Assembly: GCF_009834535.1 (NCBI RefSeq) | Contig: NC_045696.1 | Span: forward strand, 24,120,001-24,184,000 | Direction of reading: 5' to 3' | Source: Camelus ferus | Lineage: Eukaryota | DNA: 64,000 nucleotides | Part shown: piece after piece, positions 51,146 through 64,000 of the stretch | How the letters are laid out: each line of letters starts with the position of its first letter | Numbering within the stretch: the stretch's first letter is position 1 | Made by a program: the position numbers and the translations under genes | The notes under the pieces: generated by a model | Seen by the model: only the letters and a program-made list of their open reading frames with translations | Told to the model about the DNA's origin: nothing | The model's database searches: none

Positions 51146-53268
51146 AATAACCTTGGGAGGATGACAAACATGTATGCTCATTTCACAGTTAAGGAGACTG
51201 AGATCCAGAAAGAGAAAAAAACTTTCCAATGTCACACAACTACAATCAGACAGAACAAGAACTATAACAAGACTCAACTACAGGTATTATTTCCAAGGTA
51301 ACGTGTGAGTATAATGTGGCTTTATATACAACATAATGTAGATCATGGTACAATAAAGCTGGGTGATTTGTCCATTTATTAGCAGAAATCTCTTCTAACT
51401 AGCACAGTAATATTTGACATTTACAGTGAACAACTGACAAAAGATTAACTTCTGTTCTCTATAGTTTAAGATTTATATATTTAGTGTTGAATGTATTTTG
51501 TTCCAATTATTTGAAATTATCCCTAGATGTGTGTTAGCTTTGGAAACCAGAATATGAATTTCCAAAGCAAGTCCCAATTTTCCCAGATGCAAAGGGTTTA
51601 TGGCAAAAGCGCTGAAAGAAGAAAGAAAAGAGGAGAAACAGAAAGGAGCCTGGATTGGGTCTGATTTGAATGGGGTGTGTCCTCTATATTCCCATTTTTT
51701 ATCACAACATGAGGATTTTCTCATGCCATTAAATATTCTTTGAAAACTTAGTTTTAATACCTGCAAGGAAATTTATTAATTTATTAAGTTCCCTTTCAGG
51801 TTATTTTTATTTTTCTATGTCATAAATAATCCTGCAACAAACAATCTTATATGTAACTTTTTGTCTGTACCTCTAATAATTACCTGGACAAAAATTAATA
51901 AAAATGGGTGTATTCGGTCCAAGGATATAGAAATTTTAAGAGTCCAAGTGGCTTTCCTGAAAGACTAGTCCCAATGAAAATATCAAGTGTATATTACTGT
52001 GTATATTTCACATCAACCCTCCAATATAGAATGTTATCATTACACTGAAAGGTTTTTGAAATGGAAAGTTTGGGCATTGGTATAATGGATTTTCCTAGTA
52101 CACTTTCCTCTTCCATCTTTCAAACTTTATATTTTGTTATTTTACTTGTATATATTTCACTGAATTAATTAAATCTGGTTGGGCGTATATGATTAAGACG
52201 TGACAGTTTGACAGCCATTAAGTACAAATCTGCACGATCTTGTAACTATAATGGGACATCAGTGAAAGAAGGCATGAGTTCCATGGCAGGCTTCACAGAA
52301 GGATGAGCTCAGACTATCCCATGAAGGACTGCTAGAATTCAGGTTGGCAAAGAGAAAGTGAGGCTGCATTCTCGACATAGGAAAACACAAACACCCAGAG
52401 GTTCTAATGAGCAAAACATCCTTTATGAACAACTATTTTGATAAACTGGCTTAAATTAGATCAAGCTGGTTTGATTCCAAAATCCCCTTGGTGGTTTTCT
52501 CTTCTCATCTCTTAGAATGGGACTCATGCCTTTTGAGTGGCACCAACCTCCTCCCTCAAAATTAATGAATTAAACAGTATCAAGAAAGTGAATGTCAATA
52601 AAGTAGGTAAAAATGTTAATTTTCAAAACCACGTTTCCTCTGGTAGGAGATCACCTGTTCTCTGCAGAGATTTGACTCAATCGGAATTCTCATTTCTCAT
52701 TTTGCCATGTCTGCTGATTTACAGAAAACCCAGTACACTCATGCTTTCCCAGTTTGTTTTTCTCCATTCTCAATCAACACACCACTAGGCCGAATCTTCC
52801 TTAAGCTGCAGAATCTGAGCTGACAGTTTTCAATTTGGTGCTTCCAATAAAATTCTTTTACTAAATATAAGTTTTTTTTCTCAGTGAACAGAGGGAAGAA
52901 AAGTTTCTATAAGCCTGTTTTTAGAGACTATGTCTTAATTAGCTATCTCAAGTATAGAATACCCTCCCCCCTCATCCATCTGTAAACTAGTATTCAAGCC
53001 TGACCACCTCATTATGTGCAAACAGTCAAATAAAAACTGAAAAATAAAAGGCAACCATCTGGATATCTGATATAACACCAAAAGCCAGAGTCCTTAAAAC
53101 ACTCTGTGTTTGCATTCAGTTTCCTCTTACTTATTTATTCATTCATTTTTGTTCTTCTACATTCTCCATCCAGAAAGGATTTGTGTCTTTGCATAATTGG
53201 GCCCCCAACAAGCCTCATTTTGTGCTGAACAACAATAGCCTTTTTCTCCCTCCTCAAAAATGCATTAG

Positions 53269-53934
53269 ATACACAAATATTCATAGAGGCTTTATTATAA
53301 TAGCCCCAAACTAAAAGTGCACCCAGGTGTCCTTCAGTGAGTTAACAGTAAACTCCAATCCATCCATACCATGGAATACTACTCAGCAATAAAAAAAAGA
53401 ACAAAGTATTGGATGGGTCTCAAGGACATCATGAATAAGTGAAAACAAGCCAGTCTCAGAAAGGTTGCCTACTGTATGATTCCATTCTGTAACATTTTCT
53501 AAATGAGAAAATTAGAGAGACAGAGGATAAGTGAATGATTCCCAGGGAATAGAGACAGGAATGAGGCATTGGTGAGGCTCTAAAGAAAAAGCAAGAGGGA
53601 GCCCCTTTGTGGTGGTGGAACACCTCTGTTCCCTGATTGTGGTGGTGGTGGTGGTTACATGGATCTTCACATGGGGCCAAACCAGGTAGAACTACATATA
53701 CACATGCACACACACACAAATGAGTGTGTATAAAAACTGGTAACAACCAAGACTGTAGTCTAGTTACTCAAGTTATACCACTAGACCAATATCAAGTTTT
53801 TGGTTTTAACATCACACTACAGTCGTACAAGATGTTACCATTGGAAGAAACCAGTGAAAGTTTCACCATACTCTGTATTCATTTTGCAACTTCCTGTCAG
53901 TCTATAATTATAATTTTAAATTTTAAAGTTTTTA
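53269..53934 (+). mobile_element. L1MC/L1MD-like 3' end with residual TSD
   Basis: catccataccatggaatactactcagcaataaaaa; tactgtatgattccatt; aagatgttaccattgg; flanks aaaaatgcattag (53256-53268) and aaaaatgcatcag (53935-53947). Confidence 0.85.
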
Positions 53935-54019
53935 AAAAATGCATCAGGGTTCACTCCCATGTTTTCCCTTTGCTGGGACCATCAGGGCCCTGACTTTGAT
54001 CCTTGGACCCCTAAGCTTT

Positions 54020-54280
54020 TGACTCCTGTCAGGAAAGGCTGCCTTAGCTCCCCAGACTAGGTTGGTTTCCTTCTAGCTTATGTTCTCGTGACACTTTATA
54101 TTTCTTTTGGGCCTAACACAATGGCTATTAAATAATTCCATCAGTGTAACATTGTGCTTAAAACCTGCCTCCTCCTGACTATAAATTTTAAAAAGGCACC
54201 AAGTCCACCATCGTAACCTTTAGTACTTGGTGCAGCCCTTAAAATGCTGTAGGTGCTTCATCAATATTTGTTGAAATAAG
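54020..54280 (+). mobile_element. L2 3' end
   Basis: ctcccagactaggtt-like segment; ends gtaggtgcttcatcaatatttgttgaa. Confidence 0.55.
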
Positions 54281-56829
54281 GAGTGAGAATGACACAGCAC
54301 ATGAGCAAGGATTTCTGTAAGTCACAGCTGGGGAATTTCAGTCTGAATATGAAGATGAGATCATGGAGAAAGTCAGTACATAGCTAATAAGTAGTTCATC
54401 GCATTTTATACAGATGTCTGGTACCATAAAGAATATAAATATTAATGCACACCCTGCAAAACACTCAGCTCATCTAGAACCAATCAAAGGTGGTTATTTG
54501 ATTATTTCCATCTTATCAAGGAGAACATTTTGACTATTTTATTTGGCGCTGGTAAAATACAGTCTCCATCCATATTCTCCATCCTCTGGTGTATTTTTCC
54601 AACAAAACATGTTAGAACAAATTCTGACAATGAGGACATTACTGGTGTTCAGTGGCTGTCAAAGCTGTTACTGTCCCCAGGATCCAGAAAAAACAAGCAA
54701 AGAGACAACTGGCCATTGACATTCTGACACCTTTTTTCAGTCCATCTCCTATTTTCAGGAACCTACCTTCTCTCAATTCAAATGATCTCATTCTTCCATA
54801 CTGTTTTGCAGTTGTTAAATACCTCCAGTGTGGCATGCGAACACACACGATTGTCTTCCTTTCCTTTTCTCACATCTTCTCCCCCAGATCTCATTTCCTC
54901 AGTCTTCAGGCCAACCCACAGGAGGGTAAAATCTGACTACATTGACAGAAGTAATGAACAAGCAAAAAAATCTCTAAAACAGTGATGAGAAGAGATTTTT
55001 GTGAGATTTTTGAACAGAGTGGTGGTTATCTAATTTAGCTCACTGCCTCCAGTTCCCCCATCAGACACCAGAAGAGGGATTGGCTTGAGAGCATGGCAGC
55101 TTATTTATGGAAGTTTTCCACCCCTCAAGATACAAATCAAATGAGAAGTGTAAGAGATACATGGACATCCAAAATTTTGCAATGCTAATATGTGTGTTCT
55201 GGAAGCAAGTACACAAAAAGATATGTATGAGAGCTCAGTCTCTTTCACGATAATTAGCTCAGAGCTGCATAGGGAGGATTAGGCTAGTGGCAGAAACCAA
55301 ATGCCTAACAGCCCTTGGGAAAATCCTAGGCAAAGAAATATTTCTAAATAAGTTCTTATGTAAAGTCTTGATTTTACTTCCTGGTGGTTTAGAGTCACTA
55401 GACCATTTTGGGCTATTGCTCTCTCAACAACATTCACTTAATATCATAAACTGAGCATTTTGTGATGTTTATTTGATGTGTTTATGAAAATGACACAATA
55501 TTTTTATTATCAGTTACTCGAGTCATCATTTTAGACAGTGGTAGAACCAGGTGATGGCTAACTTTGGAGTGATAACAGTTGATTCATATGGAAAAGAAAA
55601 AAATTGAAACAATTTTGCTAATTCAAAATTTCCACTAAACTTTTTCTCCCAGAATAACAAAAATTGCCTTTTGTGTTTCATTTCTCACTTGACATTTTTC
55701 TTTTGAATGAGACAAGGATTACATCTGAAAAGTACTGCCATGTACTGGCCCATAGTGGGAGCAAATTACAGAAACAGGAATAGACCACATTCCTCACTTA
55801 TGTTCTCTGGTTTAGTGTCTGTGCAAATCTCTTCACTCCAACTTGAAACCTGTGTACTGGTCAAGTAGATTCATCTCTTTTCAAATATAAACCCCCTATC
55901 TGTCCCTGTTTTTCTTCCTCAAGTCATTGAGAAACACACTACTGAAAATAAATTTAATATTTTTAACCTAGGTGATAACTATACAGGAAAAAATTAAAAG
56001 TAGGACACAGAAAGAAAATGAAAACATCAGCATTTATTCTCCTGCATTCATGACACTCATTATCAGAATCAGAAAATTACCACAACAATAATAAAAATAC
56101 AGGCCCCAAAAGGCAAATGGATGTGCTCCTCCAAATTTTATTTCCAAATAAGTTGTTTAGATCATTGATACTTGGAATAGACATAATGTTCTAGATCATA
56201 GTTAGGACCCTCAGGCATTCTATGAATGCCTGTTTAGTCCAGAACCATGGAAATCAGAGCCGCAAATGGGTCCCAGGATGAATAAAGGAGGAATAAGAGA
56301 GAATGAAGAGCACATTTTTGAAATAACCAAGTTCACCTTTGTTCTCCTCCCACCTCCTTTGTGGCATCTCTTCTGCCTTTTGGTACCTTTAGTTTCTGGT
56401 TTCCAGGCACTTGCACCTTTACATTTGCCTAAGACCCACATTCTAGAAATCTAGACGGACTTGACCCCTTGAACCACCTGCTCCATAGTAAAAACTGACG
56501 TATCATCTGACGAAACAGTCCATTCTTTCACGTGACATTTGTTCATTATTATACCCCCACATTAGACTAATGCCCGGTACTCATTAGGCAATCAATAAAT
56601 GTCTGTTGCACGAATAAATGAGTGAGGTACAGCTGATATTAACACCATGTGAAGAAGGAATTTCTAAATTTGGGAGCACCTATATTTGTGTTGGTTTAGA
56701 GTCCCTCGTTTTGTTGAAATCCATAATTAATTTTGTTCACACTGCATTGCAGGCAGCTGGTACAAAAAGCTGTTCTATTATCCATAGTTTAAAGTGAATA
56801 CTGGTGGCTTCCTCAGATTATCGCATTAT

Positions 56830-57070
56830 AATAACAATAACAACAACAACAACACTAGGTAACACATAAAACACTCACTGAGATTCAGGCACTTTGCTAA
56901 GCAGTACTCATATCTGCACTTTCATCCTCTCACTAGCCCTAGGGGCATGTACTATTGTATTCCCACTTTAGAAATGAGCAAACTAAGGTACAGTTTGATC
57001 GACTTCCCCAAATCACACAGCCATCCTGCTTAGCAGGCCGGCTCAAGCCTGGGCTCTGAGCTCCTCTGCC
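56830..57070 (-). mobile_element. MIR SINE
   Basis: caggcactttgctaagc...ttcccactttagaaatgagcaaactaagg...cccaaatcacacagc. Confidence 0.8.
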
Positions 57071-60000
57071 ATCTTTGCGGTTGTCTGCTCTCCTTTCACA
57101 TTAACACTGCTCATCCCTGCTGTAAAGCTTCCTTAACTAGGAGGGATCCCCCCTGATAAATAGACTGTGTGCCACTGGTCAGAGTCGGTGGTGGTGTCAC
57201 TCCCATACCTTCACAATCCCAGTGACCACTGGAAGAAAAAAGGAAAGCGATAGAGTCGTATGCAAAAGCAGCTGTGTCCCGTAATTTTACATTTCTCAGC
57301 ATTCTTCCAAACACTAGGTAGCATTAATGATGACTAGCCTGCAGCATTGGTCATTGACATAGGAAAATGTTATTTTACATGTTATTTTTCACACTGCTGA
57401 TTTTCGTCTCCTCAGAGCAGGCATCTTGACGTGACAGCTTTAGTTAAGTTTTCCCCTTACCAGGTACATCCCCACTCCTGGACTAACCTTGAGATAACTG
57501 GTTTGGCTTTCAACTTGTAGACTCTCAAAACAAAATCCAAACCTGCATTTTGTGTTGTACCACCGTACACTTCCAATACATTTCCTTCTTTTTATCTTAC
57601 TCTGATCACTAGTGTGTTACATGATTAAAAAAAAAAAAAAGAATAATAGTTTACAATGAGATATCTTCTGAAAATAAAGTGATTTGATTTCAAAAGCTAG
57701 ACACCATGAAAGCTATTTTCCTTTTTTGCAATAAATTCCTTTATGTCGTCTAAGTCACCATATATTATCTAAGTCAACTTTTCAATATAATTTTCAGAGT
57801 GTCCATAACCCTTTGTCTGCCAGTTATGTGTCTGTCTTTCTGTCTTTCTTTCTTTTCTTTTTTTAGTGTTCTACTTTCTCTCTCTATTTAAGAAAAATAG
57901 CTGTTCTCTCAAGCCCAGTTTTCAACTCAACCAATTTTTTTTTTTTTTTTTTTTTTTTTTTCTGTTTAAAACTACTTATCAGTCATTTTGGAACTTGGTC
58001 TACCTGTTGGGACACCAATTAGCTTCAGTGCATGCTACCCGACACTTTTTCAAGCTACGACTCAATTTCATATCACACTTTTCTCCCCTGAGAGTTTCAT
58101 GCCAAGTTGCTGCTTTTCTTTCCAGAGTTTAATTTTTTTTTAATGCCATGAAATAAATCAACCTGTGGATTTTCTAAACAATTCCAAAAGGCAACAATAA
58201 GCCAAAAACAGATTCCTAAGAGCAATGACAACCTTGTAAAACGCTGTATGAACGCAAGTTCACAGAGTTAAAGAACAGAGGCAGTTACATGATTCCTCCC
58301 TGGATTCAGTCCTTACTCTTGAGTTACCCAGATACTCAGATACTAGAAGGATCCAACACTTGGGTTGTACAGTTACATCGCCCACTTCCATTTGCCAACA
58401 TAGTACTAAAACTGACAACTGCCAAGAAATAGAATGCAGCCTTTCTATGCAGACATAGAAAATGCAGTGTATAAACTGGAGAAAATTTACTAAAACATCT
58501 TCCAGGAGAAAAACAGGAAAGGAAAAGCCATGCTAAGGAAAGGAAAACTGTATCATGACCTCTTTCCACTATCTTCTACCTCTTAAAGGCCACGAGATGA
58601 CATAAGGAATGCATCTTAAACCCAAAGACCAAGCCTAAAAAGACTCGTAGTACCATACAGATATTCGGCATTTAGCTGATGAATCAAATCAGTCTAGATA
58701 CACAATCTAGATAAACCTCATGGCTTTTGAAGATGTGCACTACATCCACTTCACCTGGTCTAAAGGAAAACCATCAAAGAATTAGATCCCTTAATCAAGT
58801 GGGATGCCAATATAATGCGTGATTCTGCTTTATTTGCTCACAGGACTCCTGGATCCTTGAGACTTTCCTTGATGGTGCTTCGCTGGCAGCGTTTTTGCAT
58901 CAGTGTTCTGAGCATCAATATTTATTGAACAGCCAATGGAGCAAATGAAGAAGGTGCAGAAGATTAATCTAACTATGGGCTGATCACAGTATATAACTTG
59001 TAGGCCTTTAGTGGAGGGGCTCAAAAAATAAAACCCATGATTACAGTTTGTTTTATTTGCCAAGTGTAGGATACAAATTCCTCCCAACAAAGGTTGCTGA
59101 TTAATCAGTCTTGTGCTTTTTCACCCTAGACTGATAATGTTGTATGTCTTCTGTTTCAGTGAATGAATTTTTGGTATTGTTTCAATGTTGGATCTGTTTC
59201 ATGATTAAGCAGTGAAATAGCTTTGGCTGACAGCGTCATTCACAGTGAAACACTATGGTATTTTTTTTGTTTAATCAAAAGGGAAATAATGAACCACTTG
59301 CTTCTAAACAGGAATTACAAGGTAGATAGAGTTAAAAACTCAAGTTGGAAACTTTTGTGTCACTAAAAGTTTAATTTGGAAAAAGACTTAACACAAACAA
59401 ATACATCAGACCTTTAAATAGGTTTAAGTGCTAGATGTTATGACAAGTCACTGAGTTTTTACTGCTGCCCTGTGGGCAACAGTACCAGTCTGTTGGTCTG
59501 GACTTTGACCCAGGCCCCTGGAGATTCACACTCCAAATGTTTGACTGTTATATTAAAGTTTGAGTTAGAACCAAAACACTGTACATGGAAATCACACACT
59601 GTGTTAAAGAAAAGAGATGTTTCCTGATGCAGCTTTTTTAAGGTTTCTTCCTTGTCGTTAGTGCTTGTGCCATAAAAGTGGAAAAAAAATATTATTTCCT
59701 TTCAAGACAATGAGTAATTTAGCCTCTCACTTTGGAAATCCTGACACTAATGTGCTGCATTAACACAAATGTTTTAGTACTAAAGACTCAAAAGAGTGCT
59801 AAGTGAAACATGAACGGTTTATGGGAATTCATAAATTCTACATTAAATGTGAGAAAATAGTCCAGTTTTTGAATGACAGTGTTTATAATTGTTGACTTGT
59901 GTACACAGTAAATCCTTTATTCCTGTCTTTTGGGTTTTAACTCTTAGACTGGGTTATAAATTGTGAACTGGGCAATTTAGAAATGCCCCAAAGATGATTT

Positions 60001-60874
60001 TTCTGACTTTTTTCCCCTTTCTGTGTGTCTATAGCTAAATCATAAAATGGAGAAGATTAATGCAAAGAGTCTAATCAAAGATACAGTGCAAAAGCCTCTT
60101 TAAATTGATACCCATAAAATTCATTTCATTAGCTACCGTGTAATTTGTAGAACATTTCCACTGGTATCTTGGGCCAGTCTCCTCAGCACTTGAGCTAATG
60201 GAAGGCGCTGGACAGATATTTGATCCTGCGCAGGCCAGCAACTTGGGCCCTCAGCAAGAGGTTGCATAATGTATGCAAAAGTTTTGTAAATGGATGCTGC
60301 TGTTTGCAAGGTGGGGCTTGGAGAAAGTGCCCGGCTCAGCCTGGGCCTCGGCCAGTGGTGGTTCAGACTGTGCATGCGTGGAGCAGCCTGCAAAGGGGGG
60401 GAGGAGGGCGGGGGGGGGCGGTGCTGGCGAAAGCCAGTCCATGTTTCACCACCCAAGTGTCACTACAGGGTGCCTTTTTCTAATTCACCCACCCAGAGGG
60501 GCTCATTTCTCTGAATGATCTACCCAGAGGTCAGAAGTGGTGCCTTTTAATAATGTGCACACAAAGGTATTCTGTCAGTGGTGACCTTGGCTGGGTCCAA
60601 AGAATCATTTTCACTAGAAACACAATCCAAAATGTATGTCATGAAAATGACAGCAGCTCCTCTCTGGCATTTAAAATATGGTATGTTTAGTTATTATTGA
60701 AAAAGTAAAATATTTTGTTTTGATTATTATCCACATGAAATAAAATAGCTACAACTAATAACACAATAAAATGTTAACTAAATGAAATTTTGAAATCTTG
60801 ATATTTTTAGGTAAGTTTATAATATGTTATTTTAAAAGATTACGATTGGGAAATCAGAGATATAGACCAACTAG

Positions 60875-61110
60875 GGAGGCGGGTAAAGAAGGACATCCCC
60901 AGAGTCAGGCCTGGGTCACATCCTGGTACCACCACTTGCTGGCTTGTAACGCTGAGCAAGGAACTTAGCTGCCTAAACTTATTTCCTTATCCCAAAATGG
61001 AGATGATGATGGTACCCACCTCATAGAGATATTGTAAATGTTAAATAAAATAATCCATATAAAGTGCATTGCACAGCACCTGTCAGGCACACAACAAGCA
61101 CTAAATAGAA
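60875..61110 (+). mobile_element. MIR SINE
   Basis: cctgggtcacatcctgg...ccacttgctggc...aaaatggagatgatgatggtacccacctcatagag. Confidence 0.82.
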
Positions 61111-61154
61111 TATTGGCTGGAGGGGCAGGTGAGGGAGGAAGAGGAGGGGTGGCA

Positions 61155-61760
61155 AGGTGGTAGGTTTTCTAAAATAGTCCCCAAAGATGTCTTGCCTTAA
61201 TCCTTAATCCCCAGAAACTATGACTTTGATGAGATATCACTCCCATGATTATGTTGCGTTTATATTGGTACAGTTGACTCTAAGAAAGGAAAATTACCAA
61301 GGTCGGCCTGATTGGAATCACATGAGCCCCTAAAAGCAGAGAGCTTTCTTAAATAGTGGCAGAAGAGGAGATTGAAGAGATTCAAAGTATGAGAAGGACT
61401 CAGTGCCCCATTGCTGGCTGTGAGCTAGAGGGGGCCACCCAAGAAGGAATGCAGGGTGATCTCTAGGGAATAAGAGCGGCTCCCTGCTGACAGCCAGCAA
61501 AGAGATGGTGACCACAGTCCTCACTGCGGGGAGATTCTGCTAACAACTTGAATAAGCTTGAAAGTGGATTCTTTCCCAGAGGCTCCACAATACAGTCCAG
61601 TCAGGCCAACACCTTGAGTTCAGCCTTGGGAGACAAAGCCAGTAGCCCAGATGCGTCTACCTGGTCTGCCAACCTTTACAACTGTGAGATAATCAGTGAG
61701 TGTTGTTTTAAGCTGTTAGGGCTGAGGCAATTTGTTACACAGCAATAGAATACTAATACA
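61155..61760 (+). mobile_element. MLT1E-like solo LTR (ERVL-MaLR)
   Basis: gatatcactcccatgattatgtt; ctgacagccagcaaagagatgg; aactgtgagataat...tgttgttttaagc...gcaatttgttacacagcaatagaatactaataca. Confidence 0.88.
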
Positions 61761-63199
61761 GGCAGTCTGAGGAGTGGTTTGACTTCCAGAAAGAATAACT
61801 GCTCCAATTGTTAGGGTGTATTTCCAAAAAAGAAGGACAATTTTGTATTTACTTGGAGAGAACTCTTGTGGGAGAATTTTAATCAATAATTTGAAGTACT
61901 AAAGGGTAACATTTTGATTTTCCTAATAGCATACAGGAAGGATTTACTATAAAGAAGCAAGTGTCAACCTTTCTGAGCATAGATGGCTGTGCTATCAGTA
62001 GCCAAAAAGAAAAACAAAAAGGGGTTACTTTCAAAAATTATTTTTCAAAATAAACTTTGGTGGTAAAATCTTCACCATGGATCCCCGTGGAGAGAATCAA
62101 TTATTTTACATATATGTATTGCTTATATACTGGTCAAATATGTTAAAAGACAGAGTAGATACTTTTCGGTTTCTCTAGCATTTTGTTTTTCTGTTTGAAT
62201 AACTAAATACCCATCTTCCTGACTGGTCAGTTGGCATGACACTATCTCTTCCTCCAGAGGGCTGGCACTTGCTTCATATTAGCCAATCAGAATGCCCCAA
62301 ACCCCACATAGTACGTTCTGTATGTAATGATTGGTTAAGAGTTGTTCATGGCCCTAAAGCACTGTCAGCCAGGTGGCCATTCAGGAAGAGTGGGGAAACA
62401 CAAATGATAAATACCCCTATCCTCTGTGGGTGAAGACTGACTGTATCATACATCAAATTCTCCATGTTCCCACCACTGCTTTATCAAAGTTGTATTCTCT
62501 TCTTTTTATGTCTTCCTATAGCTGGCTTTTTAGGATTTTACTAAGCAATCTCCCTGTTTTGTGGTTGTTTCCCAACCTCAAAAAGAGAAAATACATGTAT
62601 TTTTTGCATTGCTATTTTGGGGAGGTGGGTAGTTTGGGGAGAGCTAATTTGGGAATTATGTGTGAATATCATGCACAAATATTATTTCTGCAACTCATTT
62701 TTCCAGATAACTCCAACTGGCTAGGCTACCCTTTCCCTTGCTAAGTGAAGTCTCTTCAAATTACGTATATTGCAGGAAGCCAAAGCTCGGGGCTCAGCAT
62801 CTCTCTGTAGGATGTGATTTGGTCACAAGTGAGGTGACTAGCTAATTTGGCAAATTGCTGTTCGAGCTTATTTTCAGTTGAACTTCTGCTGAGAGAAGAA
62901 AGAACAAGCAGGCGAGCAGAGAACATACTATATGCATCACTGAAACTTATTGCTTATCTTTATTGCATTTGAGTAAATGCTCTTTTTTTCGCTGTTGCCA
63001 AGTAAGTCATCATATTTTAGTTCTGCACTGAATCCCTCGGCAGGAGACGAGATTTGAATAGATCCAGAGTGCAGAAAATAAAAAGAATGCACATTTTGGC
63101 TCAAATGCTCCTTTTTCCATGCCTCTCTCCCACCACCTTCATCGGTCACTTGCAGAATTCATGCTAATCTCTATGAAACGTTTTATACAAACAATAGTG

Positions 63200-64000
63200 A
63201 GGTTTTATGTTAAAGTTTTTATCTAATCTAAAACATATATTTATTCTTCTGATAAAAAATAATACAGGCTCACTGCAAAAAAAAAAAAAATACGGAAATG
63301 TGTAAGGAGAAGACTAAAATTTACCTGAAATTTCACCTATTAGAAACCCATTAACATTTCAATGACTGTCATGTAATATCTCTGTTTATATATACCTACC
63401 TCTACGGTATTATTTTTAAATGATCATAGTGATATGATTTTTTAAATTCCATGAACATCTTTATTTTTATATATTATTTACCTCCACTTCTTTTTCTTTC
63501 TCTTTCTTCCTTCTATCCGTATCTTTCTTCTAATCAATCATAGGCAAATACATTACATAAAGATTTTGCTATTTTATCCCCAAATGAACTCATATTCCAT
63601 ATACATTTCTACATGTTGCTTTTCTAACCTAGCCACATATTATTGAAATATTTCAAAGCCAACCAGGATAAAATTAACACATTTCTTTTTAGTGGTTGTG
63701 TAATAAACCCTATCGTAAACATACCACAGTTTATCCAATGATTCCCCTATGTGTGACTATTCAGGTTGTCCCTAGTTTTGTTGTTATCACAAACAAGGAT
63801 GCAATTGACATCTTTATATGTCAGTGCTTTTATCTTTCTGAAATAGTGTCTTAAAGTAGGATTGTTGATCCAGGCTGGAAAATGGGTGAGTACATACAGA
63901 CATATATTTGATGTTAATAGATATTGCTTCCCAAGATAGCCTACACCATTCACATGTCTACAGCAACATGTAAGGACATCCTTTTCCCTACAGCCCAACA
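63200..64000 (-). mobile_element. Old L1 (L1ME-like) fragments, antisense, running off the window end
   Basis: ataccacagtttatccaa; tcaggttgtccctagttttg; ttcacatgtctacagcaacatgtaag. Confidence 0.65.

Noticed and set aside
58825..58950. Acceptor-like tttatttgctcacag followed by a short open frame
   Set aside because: The frame I read stops after ~34 codons with no matching donor or recognisable protein
60266..60276. ATAATGTATGC, identical to the central part of loxP
   Set aside because: The 13-bp loxP arms are absent, so this is a chance 11-mer
1..64000. Frequent TGACAG (MEIS/TGIF) hexamers and small slippage duplications (e.g. 41783-41810)
   Set aside because: A hexamer is expected tens of times in 64 kb, and I cannot show enrichment by eye
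1..64000. CRISPR array, operon or other prokaryotic system
   Set aside because: No repeat-spacer periodicity or gene-dense coding structure; the sequence is mammalian non-coding DNA

Overview
Mammalian nuclear genomic DNA, moderately AT-rich and CpG-depleted, most likely from a camelid: two tRNA-derived SINE copies match the camelid vic-1 type as I recall it. I can support no protein-coding exon, RNA gene or CRISPR array. The ORF track is short random frames plus frames overlapping repeats, so the window reads as intronic or intergenic. A large part is decayed interspersed repeat: L1 (including a ~1.7 kb dead ORF2 segment and several short lineage-specific 3' ends with target-site duplications), L2, MIR, MLT1 solo LTRs and MER20/MER3 hAT elements. 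Between these lie repeat-poor blocks (about 22.3-26 kb, 35-40.6 kb and 57-60.7 kb) that could hold regulatory elements. The clearest unexplained structures are a ~78 bp diverged direct repeat 2.5 kb apart (45228/47743), a near-perfect 64 bp tandem duplication inside an old LTR, and a GC-rich patch at ~60.2-60.4 kb with a POU-type palindrome and G-runs. I found no convincing novel biological system. Repeat names and boundaries come from recalled consensus sequences and are approximate.
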